Shown here: positions 25,616 through 37,115 of the stretch, piece by piece
Position numbering within the stretch: the first letter of the stretch is position 1
Layout: every line of letters starts with the position of its first letter
From: Podarcis melisellensis
Taxonomy: Eukaryota
Length of the DNA: 64,000 nt
Reading direction: 5' to 3' (one strand)
NCBI GenBank assembly: GCA_964234715.1
Contig: OZ174275.1
Made by a program: the position numbers and the translations under genes
Notes under the pieces: model-generated
Databases searched by the model: none
Told to the model about the DNA's origin: nothing
What the model saw: only the letters and a program-made list of their open reading frames with translations

Positions 25616-27750
25616 TAACCTGCAATATCTTAAATGACAACGTATACACTTGTTAAATTCATTATTCAACTGAGCTGTAGTCCAATCCCAATGACTGACT
25701 TTGAAATCTTATTTCAGTGAACACAATTCCAATAAAATTCATGGTTCTAAAATAGTAACATAAGGCTGCATTTACCTAGGAGTAAATCCCATTAAATGCA
25801 ATTTCTGAGTAGACATATATAGGGTTGCACAGGATACAACTGCTGCTCAGACACAGATATAAAATTTCTAGAAATCTTGAAGCCATGGAATAATTTGTTT
25901 CTGACAAAAATTCAATTTGGGGAGAATCAGTTTCTGAGGCATACCTACCATGAAGGAACAATGCCACCTAAAAACAGTGTCTCCCAATTCCAAAGATACT
26001 GTGGCAGAAGGAAATGAAAGCCACCAATGTTCCAGGAAAATCAATAGGACTTTTCTCCCCTGCCCATTGCCCAGCACAGGTAATCTACCCTTGCAACTAA
26101 GGCTACTTAGTCACAAAACAGAATTGGAATTTGATGGGAAAGGAGATAACTAGTGGCTGAAGAACTAAAGAGCAGCTAACCAAATATTATAATATCTTAC
26201 CTCAAAAAGTGATGTACTCACTAATTTAAAAGATAAACTCTTTCATAGGCGGAGTTATTCAAATTTCCCTTGAAAATATTGAAAAGGAAAGGTCTCAGAA
26301 CAAAAACATGAGGGGAAAGAGAATTCCCTCCTCTCCACCACCCCAGGCCTTCACATCTCTACTCTGTCATTGAATCAGCAGGTGACTTTAGACCATTCGC
26401 ACACTCTACAAAAAACAGGAAAGCCAAGCACCTCAGAAAAATATATAAATTAGAATAATTAATAAATCATTACCTTGAAGCACACTCTATAAAAATCAAA
26501 TCATGGAAATTTCAAGTAGGCAAAAATAGTTACTGCATTGTTTCTTCATCCTACACCAGAAACCATTCAGTGGACATCTCTGTCCATGCATACTTGCATA
26601 CCTCTCCACTTCTCCTTATTGCACATAGTTTGTAAAGCTCAAATCAGGAGCTCCTCCATTCATTTGAATGCAGCAGAAACCTGCCTGATCCTGTAAAGCC
26701 CCTTCCTGAAAACAGGGCCCAAAAGATCTCATTCAAACAAACACTGAAATCCCAAGACTGAGTGTTGTTGTTGTTTTATAATAATTCCACAATTAGGCAC
26801 TCAAGTAGAGTTAAGAACTCTTGTTAGAATTATTGCCAAGGCTAGGTTTCTTCTAGGGCCTAAGCTTAACTACCAAACAAAACAGCATAAAGGAAAATGA
26901 AACTACAGTAACAGCTCTCCCAAAGGGCCATCTCAAAATTGCTAAACTGAATAGTTAGAGAACCTCCCCAAATATCAACATGTGCGTATCACAATATAAA
27001 ATGATGTATGTACTTTGAGAGAGTGGAGAAGGAAAACATAGATACCCAGGATCTGCCTTAAATCTCAAAGAGCATAGGAGTGCCATGTGGGTGGGGGAGC
27101 ACCATCCTAACAGCCTTTTGGTGCCATTCCTTTGCTGTGTGCCACCTTTAAAAAGAAATGCCTTCACATGGCAGGAAAGGTGATTTGCTGTGCTTTGGAT
27201 AGATACAGGGGCTAAAAGGTTCTTCTCCCACAGTTCCTTTCTGCAGAGTGAATAATTCAGGAAAATTCAAATGAGATGGCTTCCATTTGTCTCCTACTTC
27301 CTCTTCAGACTGCTTGACAGCCACTGCTTAAGTGTCACAAACCCTCAGTCATTAGCTATAACAGTGCACAGATGGAACAATATTTGCTCTGTCATTGGCA
27401 TTCAATTAGGATGATGCCAGCTCTAAACATTAAGCCAGTTAAACTACGCTTTAGGCAAAGCACAGCCCATAATTTGAGCTTGTAAATTATCGCTTGGAAT
27501 CCTGATTTATCTGGGGTTTGATGTAAGGTACATATTATGTTTGTATATATAATTACATATATAAAAAAGAACTGCAGTCGAGTTTTTGGTTTTTCTACCA
27601 ATAAAAGTGACACTGTGCTGCCTTTACCATCATGTAGGTATAGTCCAAATTCAAATAACAAGCTACAAACTACATAACAACATTTTTATTTGCAAAAGTA
27701 AATAAAAGAGATGTGCCCACATATATGCCTCTGACTAGCAGTAAGGACTA

Positions 27751-27913
27751 CCGTATTTTTCGTCTATAAGACACCCCCATGTATAAGACACCCCTATTTT
27801 GGGGGACTCCAAGAAAAAAATTGTGTATTTTACTATCCGTGTATAAGACGCCTCCAAATTTTTAACATTATTTTAAAGGGAAAAAACCTAGTCTTATACA
27901 CAGAAAAATATGG
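27751..27913. mobile_element. Tc2/pogo-like MITE
   Basis: TIRs CCGTATTTTTCGTCTATAAGAC / GTCTTATACACAGAAAAATATGG; TA flanks; internal tataagac repeats. Confidence 0.85.
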
Positions 27914-28147
27914 TAATTCCTCAAGTGGCAATGAGTGATTTTATTCACATTACTACAAAATATGTAGGTTAAATTTCTATACCACCCTTCATTTGAGGAT
28001 AGGACAGTTTACAGTATACAAACACAAAAATACATACCATAGTAATAAACAAATCAATACCCCCTCCCCACAATTTCTCAGTTTCTGGTTATACATTCTC
28101 AGCCTAGCACCTATCTTGGAACCATTCCTAAAAGCACAGGCCTAGAG

Positions 28148-28621
28148 CAAGGACGGGGAACTTTTTTGGCTCCACAGGCCAGATCCTTATCAGCCAGTGC
28201 TCACCTGTCGAAATCCCTTTCCCCCTGATTTTAAATTAGAAGCGGGGGCGGGGGAGACCCGCAAAAGCCTTTGTGAATCTCCTTGCCCCTTTATGATTAC
28301 AGTGAGATCAGAGATGTGAAAGGAAACACAGGAGACTCACCCAGGCTTTTGCAAGCCTCCTTTCTCTTCCCTTTTAACTACCCAATCTCAGGGATTTAAA
28401 GGGGAAGAGGGAGGAGGCTTGCAAAAAGTATGAGTCTCCTGCCCTACCCAATCTTCTGTCCCAACTCTGCTCATCAGCTGAGTGAAAATTAAATCCTTCT
28501 GCCTAGGCTGCACAATCCTGTTCCATCCTGAGAACAGGGTGGCACAGGCAACAGAGCTTTACACTCATTGGCTGATGGGCACGCCAAGACTGGATTATGG
28601 ACCAAAGGTTCCCCACCCCTG
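28148..28621. mobile_element. hAT non-autonomous element with internal fold-back
   Basis: TIRs CAAGGACGGGGAAC / GTTCCCCACCCCTG; TSD gcctagag / gcttaaag. Confidence 0.8.
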
Positions 28622-28671
28622 GCTTAAAGCATGCTCAGTTCAAACTTTTCTAAAGAAACATTTTTGCCTTT

Positions 28672-28690
28672 TGACCACTAGGTGGCAACC
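28672..28690 (+). promoter_or_regulatory. Candidate CTCF site
   Basis: TGACCACTAGGTGGCAACC closely matches the CTCF core CCACYAGRKGGCR. Confidence 0.45.
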
Positions 28691-30065
28691 ACATAAACAT
28701 AGCTTACAGTTACCACTAGCAGTACCTTTGTGCACACACGGGAAACCTGAATTCTCCTTTTCTCAAAGCCTCATCATTTGGCGAAATGAATGATAGATTA
28801 GAAGCATCTCAAACTATGGAAAATCCAACATTCATTTCTTTAATTAGAAGCCAAATCATCTCTGGATTGTAAGCAGGTCTACTGGTCACCAATTTAGCTT
28901 CATTTGTTAAAACTATTAATATTCAAATATGTATTCATGCCACAGCAAGGAATACACACAATAAGCATTTAGGACTTGAGTTCATAGATAAGCACCAGAC
29001 TTCATAGATGAACACTAACAGACTCCACCCTGAAAATTGTTTAATGCATCAGACCTGGAGCAAGTTAATGAAACTTTTATCACCTGAAGGAATGAACAGT
29101 CTGAGAAGCTGTTGGTCTCCAGTACTCCTGCCCATCTATTTTCCCCACTTATGTGGGCAATAGGCCCAAGAGAAGGTTGTGGTTTGGGAAACACTGTTCT
29201 TTTTCTCCCTCCTTTGAGTCCTGCTAAGCACTGTTGCAGAAAGTGGCTAACATTTATTTTTGTACAACCAGGAGCATTTCTTCTAAACAACAGTTTTCTT
29301 ACAGTCTGCAAGTATATGAGAAATCATGATCTGCCTTCACACTAGGTTTGAGTAGGTTGTCAGAATAGTGCTGCCAACTGACCCACTGTGGCCTTCCTAG
29401 GGGAACTGAGCAGCTGCTTGGCTCTGGTGGGAGCCATTTAATGATTTCCCACAATGCAATGCCCTTGAGCAACTGATGGAGTGCTGCTACACTGTACACA
29501 TGCATCACTACTTTTCAATACTTGTTATCAAATTAGCCATATAATCATCTCCCACATGGAACCAGTGTTTCACACACAATTTTATTGTCATACTTCTGTA
29601 CCACTTTTCATCACACTGTGAGCAAAAGAGGTTCCAACATCACTTCAGATTTGTAAAACAGTTAAAAGTGCAACAATAATTTCAGAACAGAAACAAGAAG
29701 GAGCTCCAAAGTAAAAACAGTTCAAAAACCCAGAGCAACTTGCATCAATACTCAGGACCCCGATTATTCAGGGCTTTATACCAACACCATGAATACCAAC
29801 ACCATGAATATAGCCCGGTAACATGCATGTAGGTTAGGTCCCTCATTCATAATCAAATCATGGAATCATGGGACATTCATGAGTACAAACTGACATGGCT
29901 ACCTAGGGGGATAGGGACAGATAGAGAATGGTCCAACAGAGGGGATAGCTTTGAAATACCATATGTGCCACGTCTTCTCGATTCTTGAATGCCATATCTT
30001 GTTTAGTTTATTGAATTTAATTTTTAAATTATATTTATATCACTCACTCATGATATATCAAAGCA

Positions 30066-30118
30066 GTGTGTGTGTGTGTGTGTGTGTGCGCGCGGGCGCG
30101 CACACACACACACACACA
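30066..30118. repeat. (TG)n-(CG)n-(CA)n self-complementary microsatellite
   Basis: Direct read. Confidence 0.95.
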
Positions 30119-30540
30119 TTTTTCCTTAAAAGAATACAAAATAATCACGTCTGGTTCATCTTGGGGGGAAAACAACAACTACTGAATAGGTCTGTCAATA
30201 TCAAAAGTCTTCCAAAGATATTAGCACCAAAGATGCCTGCCAAATCTTCTGGAAGGGAATTCCACCACATTGGCCTAGCAACACTAAGTGCTCAACTTCA
30301 AACTGAAGACAGCTGAGCTTCTAAGATGCAGGAGACAACTAAGAGCACTCATTTGGATGATCTGAATAATTGAGTTGGGATATATACACTCAGGCAGTCC
30401 TTAAGATATTTAGCACTGTTGTTCCAGGCACTGTATATATAAGAAACGTGAACCTGGCTCAGTAGCATATGTGCATATGTTTTAGCAGAGGTATCACGTG
30501 CTGCTGGCCATCTGTACCCATCTAGCCATTGCATTCATCA

Positions 30541-31140
30541 CTAGCTGAAGCTTCCAGACCAGGCCCAAGGGCAGCTGCACGTAAAGCACACTGCAGTACA
30601 GTAATCCAGTCTTGAAGTTACCAATGTGTTAATAACAGCAGCCAGACTATTCTCATTCAGATACAACATAGCTAGCGTACTAAACAAAGGTGGTAAAAGG
30701 CACTCCACATAATGGGCTTGAAATGACATGCTATGCACCTGCTCCTTCAAGGTGAGCACAACTCTGTCCAGAAGTGGCAACTGGCCTATCTTCCAGATAT
30801 GGAAACAACCTACCCACAGAGTCTCCATCTTCTCAATGTTCAAACCCAATTTATTGGCCATCATCCAGTCCACCACTGCATTCAGAGCCAATGAGAGAGG
30901 GAGACAACTACCTCTAGTTCTGTCCCCATCCTCTCTGCTGAGTTCTACAAGGACAACACCAAGGAGGAGGAAGCTGACAGGAAGTCCATCCTCTGGACTA
31001 GATGTAAGAAAGAAGGCAGGCAGGTTGAAGGGTGGGGCAGAATGAGTTTGGTGGGACAGTGCAATATTTGCAGCCTTCACTGCACTGGGGCAAAAACAGT
31101 GCCCTGCTGAACCTCATAGCACAAGTGTCATAGGGCCAAA
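30541..31140 (-). mobile_element. L2 LINE ORF2 fragment
   Basis: ORF 30541-31080(-): LNAVVDWMMANKLGLNIEKMETLWV ... LAAVINTLVTSRLDYC. Confidence 0.85.
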
Positions 31141-32187
31141 GAGCACTCTCCCAATACTACTCTGTTGATTCAACCGTACAGCTAGGAACAAAATCACAGT
31201 AATACAGTGTGTCTAGCACCCATCCTGAATGGTCAGTCCAGTTTTAAAGACCATTAGGATGACCAGGCCTTATCCCATGTTAAAATTGTTAAGAAACTAT
31301 CAGGATGTCCTGGTCCTCCCTTCTTCCATATTTGTATGAGCCCAGCTATGATGGTATGAGCTCCTAAAGCATGTACTATATGTGGTAGCTGTGGGCAAAT
31401 ATTAACCAGCCTAAACATTTATTACCCCCACCACACATTTTACAGGTGCATGACAGGGATGTATGAGGATTTTTAGAATAGTTGTAATATTTTTATTTAT
31501 TTTTAAAATTAAGTTTATATGCTGCCCTTCACCCGCAGATCTCAGGGCAGTTAACAAAATAATAAAAGGTTGTTTTCGAAACTGTTAAAATACCATCGAG
31601 TTGCATCTTACACGCATGTAACTTGCGCAACTGCAGTTTTTCCTGCTTGGTGGCTGGTCAGCTGACATCGCACAAATTAAATGCATACAAGGCAGACAGC
31701 TTAAAAGCTATTTCCGTGGCAGGATAACCCAGTGCAGAAAGAGGTTTTAAGCTCTCAGGCTTGCTTACTGGGCTCTGGAAGGCTCTTGTGAAATCTCGGA
31801 TGGCCCCATGAGATATTGTAGGTGGTAAGGCCCATTTGGCATGCTGGCTTCACAAAGGTAAGGGTGCTCATGTGGAGGAAGTTCCAGGGTTGTTTTGACT
31901 ATACATGGTTTTGGCTTTACACACAATCCCCAGAACACAGCCCCAACCAAAGCTGCAAGTTGATTGTATTTAGTTTACTTTATATTAAGTGTAATTTTAA
32001 TTAAAAAGTGTAATTTTAATGTTATTTCTAGTTTATGCACATAGGTACTCTTCCATCCTTATTAGAAGCGATACTTCTTTATTTCTCTTTGAGTTGCAAC
32101 ATACAAATAAGAACTGGATAAAACATATAATAAATAATCAAGTGTAGCATTTTTGTTACTTTTACCTAAATTCTGGCTTGCTGTCAT

Positions 32188-32189
<2 letters not shown>

Positions 32190-32232
<43 letters not shown>
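32190..32232. repeat. (TG)n microsatellite
   Basis: Direct read. Confidence 0.95.
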
Positions 32233-32233
<1 letters not shown>

Positions 32234-33862
32234 CTAATCTATTAAAATCACATTATGCCTGATAAGAAAGCAGTAAGCCACTCTGATTGCTGAGTGACAG
32301 ACTTAAGAACAGTCTCAACACATTCTTTATGGCATTCAGCCAATCTCTCTAGGAACACAATGACCCCAACTTTATTCATAAATTTTAGTTTGAAAAATAC
32401 TCTATTCCCTAAAGCAATTCTCAGCACTCCTTTAAAAGCTTTGGTGGGGCGGGAGGGGGGGGGGAGATCAGATTAGAGTTAAACAGGTTATGCAGATGTT
32501 ATGAGAATGTAACTTCTAAAAATAACTTCATAGATCAATTTAAGTAAACTTCAAATAGAAATCTCACCTTCTGCACAGCACACCACTTGTGTGTTATATA
32601 ATTCTGCTCTCAAATTATCAGATTGATATAGTAACTGTGAAAGAAAGCCTTAGACACAAAAGGACGCTTGTGCTTTAAATGGATTTCTGTCTTGAAAGTT
32701 TTATGCCAATACATTATGTACAGTATCTGATGGAGCTATTATGCTTGACATTGTTTTTTTAGAATGCCTCCAGGTGGACAAGAAGAGAATAAATCCTTTT
32801 AATATATATGCTCACCAAATGCATTCATAAAAGCTATATTGGGGAGGAAGATTTTGGTATTATCTCCTAACTCTTATTGCAATTTTCTATAGGAAAAAAT
32901 AAAGTACAACTTAGACATATTTGATGAAAGAACATACAAAATAAAAATAAATAAATACCAGGTACATTGGGTTGGATCCAAACCTAGACCCAATCCATGC
33001 AGTGTGTCTCCTCTTATTCTGCAGTTGCCACATTATCTGAGACCAAGGCATGGTTTGGCTTAGTGTTATGTTTGAACCAACCTGTTTTATCTGACCACAA
33101 ACCATTATTGACAAAAAGCAGTAAGGATTGTGTCACATTTTTGTCTGATGTGCATAAAAAACAAGTTGCAAAACTTTGAAATGTCAATGAAAGAAAGAAA
33201 CCTCAAATATATAAATCTGAGGCCCCCTTTGCATTTAAGGACCTGGGACTAATAGCCCTCCTGAATACTCCTCTCCCATACGGCCCACCTATCTATATCC
33301 CATACTCCTTCCACTGCCATGAAGCTGACCCTCACTGACACACATCTACTGAAAGCCAAACATAATCACAGAAATAGCACTTAGGTAATGCCTAAGAGAA
33401 AGTGCCATAAACTAACAGCTGTGACATATAATCAATGGCGCTCCTGGTAAAACAATATTCAAAATAACCTTGCTTATTTAAAACAACATCCAATATGTAC
33501 ACAGAATGTTCTAACCAAGCCATTTAAAAAATGATCACAGGTATCCAAAGAAGGTGGGTGAATCCTTATGTACTTCAAAGAGAGTTTCATGCTTTTACTT
33601 CAAATGATTAGTCTTGAAAGCAATGTAACTGCAATATATATTAATCCACTAGAGTACACATTGAACACATTGCTTCCAAGCACCACTGACTAAGTGTCTC
33701 AACAGAATTGCTTCCATGTTATAACAGTAAACTGCTCTGTATATTTAAAGGGAATGAAAGTTACTCCTTTGCTGAAATAACATTTGCAATAGGAAACAGA
33801 ACTATACGGGACTAAACAAATATCCAAACTGGTTTGTTGGTACAGATCAGTGCAGGTGAACA

Positions 33863-34104
33863 CAGTGGTACCTCAGATTATATATGCTTCAGGATACATA
33901 CGCTTCAGGTTACAGACTCCGCTAACCCAGAAATAGTGCTTCAGGTTAAGAACTTTGCTTCAGGATGAGAACAGAAATCGTGTTTCGGCAGCGCGGCGGC
34001 AGCAGGAGGCCCCATTAGGTAAAGTGGTGCTTCAGGTTAAGTACAGTTTCAGGTTAAGAACGGACCTCCGGAACGAATTAAGTACTTAACCCGAGGTACC
34101 ACTG
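33863..34104 (+). mobile_element. Tc1/mariner MITE, family A copy 3
   Basis: Colinear with 446-660; TIRs cagtggtacctc / gaggtaccactg; flanks CA / TA. Confidence 0.9.
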
Positions 34105-34994
34105 TACTTGCAAAACATTCACTTGTTGAAGCACTTTGAGATGAGTTTGTTCACAATCAGAGTCCAAAACAGAGACATTCTTAAGCTTTGCAGGGATAGA
34201 GCAAGGGTTCAGATCTTGAACAAAGGACTTGCTCTGTTTGTAATTTTCATATGGGTATTGAGATATTTGCATTTTCCACAACAGATTCTCTCCCCGCAAC
34301 TAGCATGTGTCAAATTTGAGTGAATGTATACTTAAAGAAATACAGTAGCTCAAAGGCTATCCAATATTGAGCTAAAGTAACTACTAACACATACCAAAAT
34401 TGTTAACAGATGTTGCAAGCATTTATTGTCTCCCTCAGTTTGACATACAGGGAACGCCGTGTTTGCATGGGAGTTGCGCTCTGGGTCAGTTTGTGAGTCA
34501 GTGGCCATGCATAAGCCTGTTCCGTTCCTGCTCTGCCCCCTTCCAGAGCCAAAAAGCAGTGCACATGTTGGCACGCACAAAATGGTTGCCACCTGTATGT
34601 TTGCCACTAGGAACTCTGAAAATATTGCTGCTCTGCCACCTAAATCTAGAAAATTGATGGACACCCACCAACCTTTGAAAAGGAAGGTAGGTACGGCTGC
34701 TATAGCCACTTGGCCAGATATGCTTCAGGGTTGAAAAGAAGGCTCCCCACAATGCTTGGTGTTCATTTAAGAAAGCACTAAGGGAAAACTGTTTTCAATT
34801 AATAGAGTCCTTTCTACAGATCAGTTACATTTGATGCAAGACACTACTGTTATAGGCAGTATGAGGTATGGGGAGAAGAGAGGTGGGAAAAGATAGTGGA
34901 GAAGAAAAAAGGGGGATAGTAAACTTTCATTCTTTTACATAATGTGCAAGGTTTTTATGTCAGCATCATGTGGCTGGGTTCTTCAATTATTCAT

Positions 34995-35515
34995 TTGTTT
35001 GTTTTCATCGGCAGTGAAAGTGATTGGGGAGCCCAGGGCATGGTTGGTCGCATTTGGTTGATTGCAGTGAGTTTTGTTTGTGTGTGAGAGGAATTTTTTT
35101 TTGGGGGGGTTGTTGTTGGGTCAAATTAGCCATATTGATTTGTATACTGTTGGGGTGGGGGTTATGTTGTCTTGTTGAACTGTGTATGTAATAAAGGGGA
35201 GCCACATTGGGGTGAAGGCATCCTCTTTTGTTTGTCCCCGTGCTAATTTCAGTTTGTTGGTTAGCTTTCCTAGATGGGCTGTTTCCCATGCAGTTTGGTA
35301 CCTGACAGGTCCCTCCAGTGTCTAGTTATGACACTCCTAGCTGCTGAGAGTAGGTGTCTTATTTGTGCTTTGTTTAAAAAGTGTGCGCCATTGTCTTGGA
35401 AAATATTTAATAGGGCCAGATCTGGAGTTGCTTTTCATATCTGTTTCGTTATTTTGCAGATTTCTTGTGGGACTGATGTCCAAAAGTGTTTGATTTAGGG
35501 GATGCTGGAGTGTTG
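34995..35515 (-). mobile_element. L1-clade LINE 3' end (ORF2 C-terminus plus UTR)
   Basis: Minus-strand translation IKHFWTSVPQEICKITKQI*KATPDLALLNIFQDN...HLLSAARSVITRHWRD resembles the L1 ORF2 terminal region (FW..I...I...LLSAAR..I...W). Confidence 0.7.
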
Positions 35516-36959
35516 TTATAAAATTCAATGAGAGACAGTCTATTCCCCTCCACCCCCGTTGTGTAATAATTCTTTGTCATACTGTGTCTATGTAAAGAAA
35601 GGCACTTTTCTCAGTGTGATCCTTAATGCTGTGTTAATGATCAAAATGGTTGACTCTGTCCTATAAGGACACTGACAATTACTGTCATCATACCTTGTGT
35701 GCAGCAGTTCAAGTTGTTTAAAACTTTGATAATGACTACTTTACTGCATTTAAATGAAGGTCATTTATCCTTCCATTCCTTACTTATATAGTGCCTCTCC
35801 AAGCAACTTGCCTCAAGGCCCTTTTCAAAGAACGCTAATCAGTACACAAAATTATATTGGAGAAAACAACCTTGTCACAAATGCCATAGTACTAATACAT
35901 AGTAAAAGCTAAATAAAAAAATAGTAGCTTTCCTCTCTATATTTAAAAATGTCAAACATTTCAAGTAAATAGAAATGCAGGAGATGAGAAGAGATTTCAC
36001 AGTACGTATTAGGAGAAAAACTGTTAGGAGATCAGAACATTCACATGGCCAATAAAAGAAAATTGGAGACATTTGAAAAAGCACAACATTTGATGGGCAA
36101 AGCAGTGCCAAAAAATGTCATAATTGCAAACTGTTTCTGGACTTTACATCCTATCAACCTGACCAGCCAACTGGGAAGTCTAGCCATATGATAATAAAAA
36201 ACATCTGTGACTATTTTAAGGTTTGATTGTGACAGCAATGCCATCAACGTGACAGCATTACTTACTGAAAACTGGAACCACTTCATTCAGCTTGCCAGTC
36301 CAAAAAGGTAAGAAGCATTTCTTACCATGAATAAGGGTAATGCCTTATCAGTACACACATACAACCATCCTAGACTAGCTCAGACAAATGAATTTACTTC
36401 CACTACCAGTCTGTGAAGACTTCACAAAAGATGCCTGATAATGTCACTCCTATTGTGTGAGGGTTTGCTGGCTACTTACCAGTAGCCATGCTATTGGCTG
36501 CAAATGAAATAAATGTCCCTGCTCCTACAAAAGGGGAGGGGGAAGCAATCAGGTGCTATCTCCTGGTGGTTTAGAGGAACATAGATAGTACATGATAAAT
36601 AGGTTTGAAAACAGCTTTCTTCCACAAATCAGACTCTCACGGCAGTGCCAAAAGTACATTCTTACAATGTTTTGATTACAAATTCCTTAATCTGATAGAG
36701 GCAACAGCTCCACCTTTCTTCTATCTTAATGATTATTGGATCTCCCAGAGAAGCAAAACACCATCAAGCACTGAATTATCTGAAGATGATATCAAAAGTG
36801 AGGATTAAGAGGGTGCAGAAGATCTTCATTGAGATCAGAGGGTTGAATCTGGTGAGCTTGTGAGCTCTTTGCAGGGCAACGATGGCTCATTCCTGTTTAT
36901 TAACCATATGATTAATTATTATTATTATAGTGTAGCTAATTTAGTTTAATCATTTGGAG

Positions 36960-37115
36960 AATGGAGCTGTGAGTACAGAAATCCTTGTCTGAATTAAGCA
37001 CTCAGGGTTAAGTTTAAGATGTTACCCTCAGTTTCTATTTGCAATATGGCATTTATAATACTGGACTCCCTTACAGTGTTGTTGTGGTTGCAGAGACTGT
37101 TTATGTGAAACCCAC
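36960..37115 (+). mobile_element. Old MIR/CORE-like SINE
   Basis: ctcagtttc..tttgcaatatgg..ataatactg..cttacagtgttgttgtg CORE-like segment. Confidence 0.5.

Noticed and set aside
29778-29810. 15-bp tandem duplication ataccaacaccatga
   Set aside because: Simple slippage duplication with no further structure.
32568-32634. Minus-strand 67-nt exon-like segment (ctttctttcacag ... AAG|gtgaga)
   Set aside because: Not frame-preserving, and the peptide LLYQSDNLRAELYNTQVVCCAE is not recognised; no supporting evidence.
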